DNA of 64,000 nucleotides. Origin: Lama guanicoe (Eukaryota). Below, piece by piece: positions 49,246 through 60,330 of the stretch (position 1 is its first letter; every line of letters starts with the position of its first letter). A program made the position numbers and the translations under genes. The stretch lies in the NCBI GenBank assembly GCA_013239625.1, contig MU053934.1:4854399-4918398 (forward strand). The letters run 5' to 3'. The notes below the pieces were generated by a model, which did not search any database, was not told the origin of the DNA, and saw nothing but the letters and a program-made list of their open reading frames with translations.

Positions 49246-51628
49246 ATCCTATTTCAGTTTAAATATCTACCTTTTTCACTCCTAGCCCAGGATGCTCAGT
49301 GCTGTGGGAGAAAAGCACTGGCTCCTGCAAATCCGGCCCGCTACAGATCACTGCTCCTTCCTCTCCTCGGTGTCTCATCACCCCTCCCTCCGTTCTCTAG
49401 AGTGGCTGTCTTAAGTCCTTTCCAGTCCCCTCATGGCCCTTATACCATTCCAAACCCTCAGTCTTGGTGGGTGACCTCAGACAATAAGATATGGAGGCCA
49501 CGACGTACAGTGTGCGGCCCACGAAGGCTCAGTACGTTTTAGTTACTAAAACCAACAACGTCTGCTACATCCTTCCCCCTCCTTCCTCACAGGCCCGCAG
49601 CACACGGTGACTTTCTGGTCTGGATCCCAGCCCGTCTTCCCCAGATCACACTCCGTTTCGGGATCTCTTCCTCACCTCACTGGCTCCTTCCCCTACCTCT
49701 TACCTCGTGTCCTTTCCCACAACAGCCTCTGAAATTCTCTGGCCTCCAGTTTCACCCCCTCCAAATGAACCTTCCACATTCCCTGACACAAGTAATTTTT
49801 CAAACACATTTATAAAGCCACTCACGTGGCTTAAAACCTTTAGTGACGTGCATTGTCTTCAAAGTAAAGTCCCAATCTGGCACACCTAGCACCTCGTCAT
49901 CTGTCTTGGTTTAATTTTCCAGTATCTTCTTCTATTACTTCTTTATGGACACTTTCCAGCTGGAGTTTGCAAGGAAGGCCCTGTGACTGGTGCTGGGAAT
50001 ACAATAATCAGCAGGGCACACATGGTCCCTTTCCTCATGAAGCTGATATTTTACATGGGTGGAAGGCGGAGAATTAAACAACTTTGTGCTTACGCAGTTA
50101 TATTTAATTAGAATGACAACACGTGCCAGGAAGGACGATTACAGGTACTAACACAGCACACAGCTGGGGGGATTTGAAATAATCTAGGGGACCAGGAAAT
50201 CTTGAAGAAGCGAGCTGACCTATGAAGGATCAGCAGGAGTGAGCTAGGGAAGGGGTGGGTCAGAAGTGTTCTGGTCAGAGGAAACAAGAGTAAAAAGGTG
50301 GTGAAGTCACTTAGTTTATCTGACAAATGGAAAGAGCACCAGGCTTCTGAGAGAGGAAGAAGCCAGACTGCATGAAGCCCAGTAGGCTATTTGATCTTTA
50401 GGAATAGGAGGCGCAGTCCACGTTTTAAGTGGGGAGTATCAGTCATCAGGTCACCCTGGCTGCTCCATGGAGAATGAACTGGAGGTCCTCATAACCTCTT
50501 TGGTCAGCTGAGCCCTGAATTATTCCTCAGCCTGAATGCCCTTTCTATAAGGATAAGGGTCTACTTGTTCCTGAGAATAAATGAGAAACTCCTGGGTACT
50601 TCTGGAAATAACCAGAGGGGATATTAAGGGTTGGAGAGGGCCGGGGTTCTCCAGTTCTAAAAGTGGAACTAAAAATACGGACACTGGAGTAGTAATAGAA
50701 GTTTGCCTATGACACCGAGTACCAGGTCTCACCCTAAACACTTTATGTCCGCTAACTCCCCACTACTGTACTTTTCAGCTTTGGAATTCAGGAATTCACT
50801 TGATTCTTCTTTATAGATAGTAGTATTCTATTCTGATGAAATTACGCATCTTTCCTTCTGTTTTCTTGATCATATTAATCATGATTAAAGTACCGATCTT
50901 GTAACTTCAGTATCCAGATTGTGAGTCTGTTTCTGTTGTCTGTTTTTCTCCTGTATTTCTGGTCATTTGTTCATTTCCTGGTATGCTCGGTAATTTTTTG
51001 TTGAATGCCAAACATTATGCATGAAATTGCAGCAGCTCTCAAGAAAGGATTTCAGTGTCTTCTAGAAGACAGATGGAATACAAGGCGATCACTTTGCTCT
51101 AGTTGAAGCTGGGGTTCAGCATTTGAGAAGGCTGTTCTATTTCCGGCTTGTCCTTACTCCTAGAGTGTAGTTCTGATGCTTAGGGTGTAGCCTGTTCGAG
51201 GTCCCAACCGAAAGGACGGAGTATTTAGCAGAGCTCCTACAATCCAGCATGTCCTGAACTGGAGTTCAACCTGTCTCTTAGCACCATAAAATTACCAGGA
51301 TCTCTGCTCAGCTCACTGGGTCTTAGAAGCTGCTTCCCATTTAGTCTCCTGGCACCTCATCCAGAACATGATCAGCTTAGCAAGAGGCAAATGTAAGAAA
51401 TTACACGAAGACTTGTGGACTTTTTCTCTGTGATTTCCTCCCCTCTAGAATATTGGCTCCTTGAGTCCCTGGCACCTTGGAAGCCCCAAACTGCAACCCT
51501 ATCTTTCAAGTTCAGTGAGACAGCGGAAAGCCCAGGCCTATAATTTTCTCTCAGCTTCTATCGTCCTGCTCTGCTCATAGGCAAATGATGCAAGGGGGGA
51601 AGCTGAGGTGAACGTGGGACCAGCTAAA

Positions 51629-52398
51629 TGTGAACTAGTTTCCTACTCTACTCACATCACTTCTGACACCAAACATGAGGGCTTTCTGCACCAAGGATTT
51701 CTCCAAGGCTCTGTGCACACCAACTGGGTGTCCTACAATTTAACTCAATTCTGACACTGAAACTCAGAGTTAGTGCAGACCCCAGAGAGTAAGGGCTCAG
51801 TCTCTCAAGCCTGCCTCCCACTTCAGATGCCAACTGCAAGTCCAAGCCTCCTCTATTTCTGACCTGCTGGCTATAAATTGAGGGATCCCGTGGTCCCCTC
51901 CCTGGGCTTGATGATCTGCTAGAATGGCTCACAAAACTCAGGAAAGAACTTTACTTACTATTTTTGGTTTATCAAAAGGATACAACTCAGGAACAGCCAA
52001 ATGGAAAAAATGCATAGGGTGAGGTGCGGGGAAGGGGCACAGAGCTGCCATGCCTTCTCCGGGGGTGCCCTCCTCCCAGAACCTTTATGTGTTCACCATC
52101 CTGGAAGCACTCTAAAGCCATTCTTCAGGATTTTTATGGAGGTTCCATTATATAGGCATGACTGATCGAATCTTTGGCACTGATGATTAACTCAATCTCC
52201 AGCCCCTCACCTCTTCCCACAGGCCAGGAGGGAGGTCTGAAAGTTCTGCTGGTGTGGTTGAAAGGGGCTTATTACGAATAACGAAAGGTGTTCCCCTCAC
52301 TTCTATGACTCAGGAAATTACAAGGGTTTTAGGAGCTCTGTGCCAGAAACCAGAGATGAAGACCAAATATATGTTTCTTATTATATCACAGTATCACA
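51629..52398. mobile_element. MER21-family LTR
   Basis: TG...CA ends; cacttctgacaccaa...ctgggtgtcctacaatttaactcaattctgacact...tgctagaatggctcaca...gaccaaatatatgtttcttattatatcacagtatcaca. Confidence 0.85.
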
Positions 52399-52860
52399 AT
52401 CCTGTTCCCCAGGATCCTGACTCATCATGTGTTTTCTACTTTCGTTGGTTTATAATGACTGTTAATAGTTTTTTCAGCTTTAATCAGTATTTTTGGTGGA
52501 GGATTAGAATAATGCTGTCTACTTCATTATAAGTAGAAGCAAAAGTCTTTCTTGCTAACTGGTTTTAGAGGAACTTCTTGCTACATTTTATAATTAAATG
52601 TACTTGGTACACAGGCAGTGACCAAAAATTATTTTCAATTTTCTTTTCGTGGTATTTGTGAAAGAAATGAACCAAAAATAACAACTTCCCATGGGACAGC
52701 CATGCACATAGCTAACATGGCCATCATAACCAATACTAATTGGTTTCCCCATCAGCAGTTAATTTGGTGACAAAACTAAGAATCAGTTGTATTTTTACGC
52801 TACTCGATTTGAAAAAATTCTGGAAAGAGCAGCAAAAAGAGTTTTTTGTTATTCACTGAC

Positions 52861-52937
52861 CTTACTAGCACCAAGGTAAATTTCTTTAACCTCAACATTT
52901 TGGCTTCCATTGTTTGTATTTATATCGTACTTCTGAC
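52861..52937 (-). CDS. Internal coding exon, 77 nt (GQKYDINTNNGSQNVEVKEIYLGASK)
   Basis: Acceptor cttttaaactgcctcaaattcag|GT, donor AAG|gtcagt. The frame stays open when spliced to the phase-1 end of exon 53683-54078. Confidence 0.7.
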
Positions 52938-53682
52938 CTGAATTTGAGGCAGTTTAAAAGATTTATATTAAAAACTTTATATTTATATGAGTAAGTAAGC
53001 ATCATTATATATAAGAACCAATAAACTAGTCTTTGAAAAATGTACCAGTAAACAAATTTACTTTTACTAACTAATTAGCTTTACAGAGGAAAATATAATT
53101 ATAAAATGTAGGATTTAATAACTAATGACCTGGACTCCCAACTGGCTTTATCCTTCATCATCCAGCCTAAGCATTACTGCAACCCTCTTAATGTTTCTTA
53201 AGACAGAAAATGGAAGAGACTCTCCATCCCTTTTTTGTAATCAGTACATAGCTCTTCTAAAAAGGAGACAGCGCACACACCCACACACACACATATATGT
53301 GTTTTCCCTTTTAAATGTGTGTATATACAGACCAATATACATAATAACCAATTTTCTCATATGGTTTAAAAATAAATAACCTAAAGTTCTAACAGGAAGC
53401 TCTTATTTAACGCTAGTTCTTCCTAATTTGTTCTGCATCAAAATTGCTCAGAACTTGTGCTTTCTTAAGCACTTGTAATTCACAATGATGAGCTGCTATT
53501 AGCCCTTAAATAAAAGAGGCACTTTATCAACTGAGAAGTACCTCCATGGCATGTTTTAATACTAATGGATGGAGAGTAAAAGGAAGGAACAAAAAATGGA
53601 GACAAATGCAGAGAAAAGTAAAAGAAGGGTTTTTCAAAAGAGGTTTTTTGGTTTGTGTTTGTCTGTTTTTCTGTATACTCAC

Positions 53683-54078
53683 CCCATGTGGTTAAGGTCT
53701 TTAGGTTTCCAGCATCCATCTGCACGAAGCTGGACTGTGTTGCTTTCAGACGGTCCTTACTGATTAACGTCTCCTTCACTGGGTCAAATGTTTTGAATGA
53801 GGGAGAGACATAGAGTGTCTCTACAGAGGCCTGATTATAGAAGGTAGAATCTGACTTTGAGATCCTTAAATTAGGGTTGATCAACTCTTCTTTACTTGAT
53901 GACCAAAATGCTGGTAAAGCTGTCAGGGTTTCAAAACTTTTTGTGGCTGGCTGCTTTTCTAGAGACATTTGCAAAGGGTTTTCTATTACAGTATTTGTAA
54001 TAGTATTGTCTGATTTCTTGTCCAAACTCACATTTGTCTGCAGAGATGGGCTTTTTTCTGAGGAAACAGGCACAGTAT
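53683..54078 (-). CDS. Internal coding exon, 396 nt, phase 1-1 (DTVPVSSEKSPSLQ...GNLKTLTTW-G)
   Basis: Lies within ORF 53480..54109. Acceptor ctcttatttgttactttatag|AT, donor TGGG|gtgagt. Ser/Thr/Lys/Glu-rich composition similar to the terminal exon. Confidence 0.8.
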
Positions 54079-55425
54079 CTATAAAGTAACAAATAAGAGC
54101 TATAATCAAAAAATAAAATTGAAAATACTCTATTTCAAATTTATTGCATTTTCAATAACTGGAGTTTTTAAATGCCATAACAGAATTCTCTCCTGTTTAG
54201 TTGTTCCTACTTTTTTTTTTCCACTATGTTTCTATTCTGTCTATTTGAAGTACACCCAGGCTACACCTGATGCACCAGTCATTTGGGGGCTGCCTTTTCT
54301 CTCTCTCCTCACTGATGCCAAGGCAAGAAAAGCTTCAAATAACTTGTCTTTAAATATTTCTCCCTTCACCCACTCATCTGTCTCTGAAACCACTATATTT
54401 TTAGTATCTTCAAACTTTCATCTTTTACATGATAAACTAGAGAAAATATGCCACATCATACTGGTCTATCCTTACAGAACCTCCAGCTACAAAAAAGCCT
54501 TTTTCCTCTGAAATAAAGAATGTCTTCTTGCCCAGTGTCTACACAAGGGCCATGAATGAAAATCACTATGTTAGATGGAAAGTTAATGTTAATAAATCTT
54601 TGGTGGGAGAAAAGCAGCAATTTTCCAGAGCAGTTGTGATGATTACTAAAATGTAGTTTCTCATCAGGGTGGGGATCTTTGTCCATTTTATTCACTAGTA
54701 TCACCAAAGAACCTAGAATATAATATACTGGAATATGTAACAGACAAATGATATTTATTACAAATAGAAGGAATTGAAGGAATGGAAAGAAACTGAAATT
54801 TAAAGTGGGTTTGATATAGAAATATCTACCGAATATGAATTATGGGCCTGGTCCAAATTTCTAGATGCAAATTGTTATCAGTACTCCCAGTGCTAGGGTT
54901 TGCTCTCAGATAGTTTCATCTGAAGTTGGATATGGAAAGAAACAAAACTATTTTTAAGAGACAGAGTTCATAAAATCAGAAGCATAACCAGGTGAGAGAA
55001 GGTGAAAGGAAGCCTGTCTCATTAGAGCTCCCACAAGAGAGGAGGATACAGGAATTGTAGTAAGTTGCTGTAAAGTGTTTACATATCACAACGTGCATCA
55101 CAACATACCTCCTAATGCACATTTAGATTCTACCATCATCACTGCCAGGCTCTGAATTATTATGAAGAAAAGAAAATTTTCTTTGACTTTAACCTTCCTT
55201 TCCATGTTCATCCACAGTCAGAGGCTAACCTGGGCAAAAATGTTGCTAGTTTACCACAAAATCAGACAATTTAAGAAACATAAATCACCGCCTCAACCAG
55301 GAATGCCATTTGTTCCCAACCCTCTCATCTCCAAACATTTTCATCTTTTAAAACTATGTTTTTGTTGCTTGGATGTAATATACATAACAGAATGTGCACG
55401 GGTTCTGAGGAGCTAATGGCTGGCT

Positions 55426-55860
55426 GTGTCAGTTGTTAAGCCATTGTCTCTTAGCTTCGTGATACTTGGGCTGGTACACCACCAACCACATCTGCTGTGC
55501 CAGCTAACTTCTTCTTAGGTTCTGCCAACAGGAGATGGAGATTGGAAGGCTGGAGCAGGAAGAAAGGACTTGCACTTTCCTGTTGGCCTGCTCCTGACAG
55601 CATCACCCCTGCAATGCTTCTTCACTCCATCAGCAACATTCTTTCTAGTCTGTACTTTCCCCCAACACTTGTAGAAGCAGCCTTATCATATCCCCCTTAA
55701 TAACATTAGCAACCAGCCAGCCAGGATCCCCTCTAAGAGGTCTGGATTACAGTTTTGGGTCACCACCCCACAGAGCCCATCCTCCAAGCTGTTAAATTTT
55801 AATAATTCCAACCTCTTCCCCCTGCTCCCATATCCCTAGGGCTGGTGGTTTATCCCTGCA
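55426..55860. mobile_element. LTR33-like ERVL LTR
   Basis: ttaggttctgccaacagg...ggagattggaaggctggag...aattccaacctcttcccc...ccctagggctggtg. Confidence 0.6.
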
Positions 55861-55869
55861 GGGAAACCA

Positions 55870-58410
55870 TGAGCAGAAACTGGAGGGAGTCAACACTTGG
55901 AAGAAAGGAAGAGCACTGGATGAGTTTCCTGTTTCTCCAAATCATCACCTAAGTTCTAGTCAACTTTATACCATGTGCTAAAAATTTGGCTAAACCTACA
56001 GTCTCACTGGCTTAATGATCCAGAGGACAAGATTTGGAGCTACCACAGCACTGGAGAGTCAGGGGTGGGAGGAATTCCAGTAAAAAGAGAGCCACAGAGG
56101 AAACCACATCTACTACTATTACAGTCAAATTGCTGATACCAAACCTAACAAAGAAAATCTTCAAAGTATCCACAGAAAGGTGACACACTACATATAAGGG
56201 GAGAATGACATGAATGACAGCTGAGTTTTCATGAGAAGCAATGGAGATCAGAAGACAGTGGAAATTGTGTGTGTGCGTGCATGCGTGTGTGTGTGTGTAT
56301 TTTATGCTGACAGGAAAACTGTCAATGCAGAATTCTACATTCAGCAATAACATTCTTTAAAATCAAAGGCAAAATAAAAACGCATTCAGATGAATAAAAA
56401 CTAAGAGAAATAATTGCTAGCAGGCCTTTATAAAAAGAAATGCTAAAGGAAGTACTTCAAGTTGAAGAAAAATTATACCAGATGCAAAGAGTGCTAGAAA
56501 TGGGAAATATTAAGGTAAATATAATCAATTTCTTTAAAATATATGTGACTACTTAAAAATTTATAACAGTTTTTTTTTCAGTCATACTTTCCAGACTGGA
56601 TAAAAAACAAGATCCAATTATATGCTGTATACAAGAGAGTTTAAAAACAAAGTCACAAATAAACTGAAAGTAAAAAGGATTAAAAAGATATACCATGCAA
56701 CAATAAGTATTAAAAAGCTGAGTAGCTACATTAAAATCAGACAAAATATTCTTCAAGACGAGGGGTATTCTTAAAGAATAAAAGGGACAGTTCATAATGA
56801 CAAAAGATTCAATCATCTGGAAGATATAAACATTATATGTGTGTATATGCCTAATAGAGTTTCAAAATAAATGAAGCAAAACTGATAGAATTAAAGAGAG
56901 AATTAGACAAATCCAACTAAGTCACAGTTGACAATTTGATACCCCTCTCTCAGCAACTGACAGACTGCACAAAATGTGAGAAGGATACAGCCGGCTTAAC
57001 AACACTATCAACTACCCTGACTTAATCGACGTCTGTAGAGCGCCACACCTAACCACTGCAGAATACACAGCTTGGTAAGTGTGCAGGTATACATGGCATG
57101 TTTACCAAGGTAAACTATATGCTGAGCCGTAAAACAAGTCTCAATAGACTTGAAAACTTGAAATCTCGTATTAACTTCTCTGGCCAGGGGAATTGAGATA
57201 AAAATAAATAACAATAATACACCTGAGGAAAAAAATTCCCAAATATTTGGAAATTTAAAAATACACTTCAAATACCCATGGGTTCAAAAAGAAACTCTGT
57301 TAAAATAACCAGTGCTGATTAGACTTCCTCTTCTGGCTGAGATGATTAGGGGCTAGATTTAACCTACTACTTAAAACAACTAAAAAACTGTACAAAATTG
57401 ATTAAACAGTGTTTCGAGACATTGCACAACAGGCAATACAGGCAGTGAATCTGGAAAGAGAGAAATAGACAAGGTGAGCCCCAAGGACTGTCCCAGGCTA
57501 CTGCCTGGAGAGTTTCCAGGCCACAGAGAAGGAAGTGGCAACCCAGGCGGAGTACAGTGGTATTCTATCCCCGAGTTGAGAGGATAGAACTGGGCGTCTG
57601 CAGAGGCCAAGATGACTGGAGTTTACAGGGCAGGGCACTGGAGAGACCTCTGAAGATCTGCGCATCAGTGCATGCAGGTGAGGAAACTGCCTAAGCCAGG
57701 GCAGGCACCTCCCCAAAGGAACAGTGGCAGGATCTTCAGAGCTCACACGGGCTAGCAGCTCATGCTTCTCCTAGCCAGTGGAAGACCTCACAGGACACTG
57801 GTGAGAGTAACACACATTGCTAGTGGGAACATAAAATGGTAGTTGCTTTGGGAAACACTTCGGCTGACCCAGCCTCTCCATTCCTAGGTATTTGTATGAG
57901 AGAAAACAAAGTATAAGTCCTCACAAAGACCTCTTCATGATTGTTTATGGCATATTTATTTGTGACAGACAAAATCTGAAAACAATCCAAATGTCCCTCA
58001 ACAGGTGGAATAAACTAATAATGGTATATCCATAAACTGGGATACTACTCAGTGATAAAAATGAGTGAACTATCGATGCACACGACTTCAGAATAATTAT
58101 GCCAGACAGTGAAAGAAGCAAGACACAAAAGTACCTACTGTATGGTTCCGCTAAAAAAACTCTAGAAAATGAGAAAAATCTATACTGGCAGGAAGTAGAT
58201 TAGTGGTTACATAGGAACAGGGATGGGGCCAAGCACGGAGGGGCAGGTGGGAAGGATTACCATGGGCACAAAGAAACTTTGAGGGATGATGAATATGATT
58301 TTGATTGTGGTTGTCATTTCATGGGCATATACGTATGTCACAACTTATTAAATTATGCACTTTAAATATGTGCATTTATTGTATGATAATTATATCTCAA
58401 TAAGGCTGTC
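55870..58410 (+). mobile_element. Composite of decayed L1 fragments (ORF1 end, ORF2 endonuclease start, 5'-like segment, 3' end)
   Basis: gcagaattctacattcagcaa...tatatgctgtatacaagag...ggacagttcataatgacaaaag...ataattatatctcaataaggctgt. Confidence 0.85.
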
Positions 58411-58979
58411 AGAACCATAACTGGCACATTGTTTCCTCCTTACGGGACTCCAGCTGATACAGTGCTTTAGATGAACTACTGCTTTCTCTTTCAATTAAAT
58501 GCTCTGGGGCTAGGGGAGAGTAGAAATAAGGGAAATCAATCAGGAGACCAAAGAAGTAATTCAGATTCTAAGATTAATTTCACACCAAAACAAGTACTAA
58601 GAAACTATATACTGAGGTAGCGTTAGGTTTAGAGGTACAAAGATGTAAAAAAGGTTGAAGGAAGTCTTCTAAAAGCGGCAGTGTTTGAACTGAGCTGAAA
58701 GGGTGAGACAGAGTCAACCAGGATGAAAAAGACAGGAAGCTGGTCCAAGTAGATGGGACAACCTCAGCAAAGGAATGAGGACTGTGGACAGTGTAGTGTG
58801 GGGGAAAGCAGGGCAGATACAAAGAATTCAGTGTTACTACTGCGAAGTGTGTGAAGAGTGGAGGAGTTAAATCTGGAAAAAAAGGAAGGAGCTGGGTCTG
58901 GGGGACCTCTTGACTGACAGGCAGGAGTGATGAGGAAGAATGAAAGTGAAATCTTAAGATTTCACTTTGAAACCTTGAA

Positions 58980-60330
58980 ACTCATTCCTCTGTAGCTGCC
59001 TCAAGTGAACTTTGACGGCTCTCCTCCATCTCTCTAAGCTATCTTTTCAACATTCTTCCCTGACTCTGTTTCCTCTAAAATGTAGACAGTCTATCCCTGG
59101 CCTCTTTCTCTTCTGCCTCTACAATATCCCAGGGCGATGTCATCTCTTACTGTACTTCAAGTAGGACGAGATGTATCACCTGCGTGCAAGTAATTCCCAC
59201 ATTGTGATTCTCAGCTCTGACTCTGGCTGAGTTCTAGCCCCAAATACCTACCTAGTCCTCTGCACAGGGCAGTCCCACTACCCTCCAGCCTCCTCACCGT
59301 TGGGTGTCTGTTTTACTTCTATTAATACGACCATCAAGCAGGGAGGGTATAGTTCAGTGGTAAAGCATGTGCTTAGCATGCATGAGGTCCTTGGTTCATC
59401 CCCAGTACCTCCAATGCATACATACATATATACATACATACATACCTAATTATCTCCCCATCCCCCCCCAAAAAAGAAATATGACCTTCAACTTCCCAGT
59501 CGCAGGTTACTCTGGAGCACAGCTGCTACCACAGCCTCTAAGAGGTCTCCCTGCCCTGTCTCCTCGGTTCACTCCACACAGCACAGCCAGAGTGACCTGT
59601 CTAAACTGAAAATCAGATCCTGTTACTTCTTTCCAGTATTTCCTCAAACTACTTAACATGCTTTACAAGGCTCTTCATAGGTTACTCCCCATTCACCTCT
59701 CTTGCCTCATTTTGTACTGTTTTTCCTGGAACCGTACGACTCTGGTCTACTTAACATCTTCCAGTTTTTCACATTTCCTGTGCTCCCTGAGGGCACCACG
59801 GCATCACCCATGCTGTTCCTTCCGCCTGAAATGCTCTTCTCCCTCTTTGTATCTGATTTCCAGCTTCCGGGGTGATGTCCATTAGGTGGACACACATTTT
59901 CATGTCTCTGTGTTTCTGCTCATGTTCCCTCAGTCTATCCTCATCCTTATTCTTCTCTGTCAAAGACTGTTCCATTCTTCTAAACTTAATTCAAATACCA
60001 CCTCCTTTGTGAAATCTTTTCTATATCCTCCAAGTTAAAATGAATCCCTCTTTTCTTTGCTTTTGCATAACACAATGTGAATATTCTTATTTCCACTTAT
60101 TTCTTTATTTCAAATATTACTCATTCATTTGACAAATGTGTATTAAGTATGTGGCAGGCACTAAGCTCTGGCGCCAGCAGTAAACACCTGTTGTTGATGA
60201 CTTTTTAGAACTCTTGTTTATAGCTCTGTCACCCCAGTAGACTGTACACCCCTTCAGGACACACAACTTATTCAACTTGTTGAACCCATAAGTGACCAAT
60301 GGAATATCTAACAGTCACCTGATAAATGTC
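58980..60330 (+). mobile_element. L2 fragments, interrupted by the SINE at 59338-59477
   Basis: cacacagcacagccagagtgacctgtctaaa...catgctgttccttccgcctgaaatgctctt...ctcaaataccacctcctt-type motifs. Confidence 0.7.
59338..59477 (+). mobile_element. tRNA-Ala-derived SINE (camelid vic-1-like) inserted in an L2 element
   Basis: gggagggtatagttcagtggtaaagcatgtgcttagcatgcatgaggtcc...ccccagtacctcca with an internal (CATA)n tract. TSD aatacgaccatcaa / aatatgaccttcaa. Confidence 0.9.

Noticed and set aside
54119..54511. 130-aa plus-strand ORF
   Set aside because: Intronic and antisense, non-ATG start, no recognisable homology.
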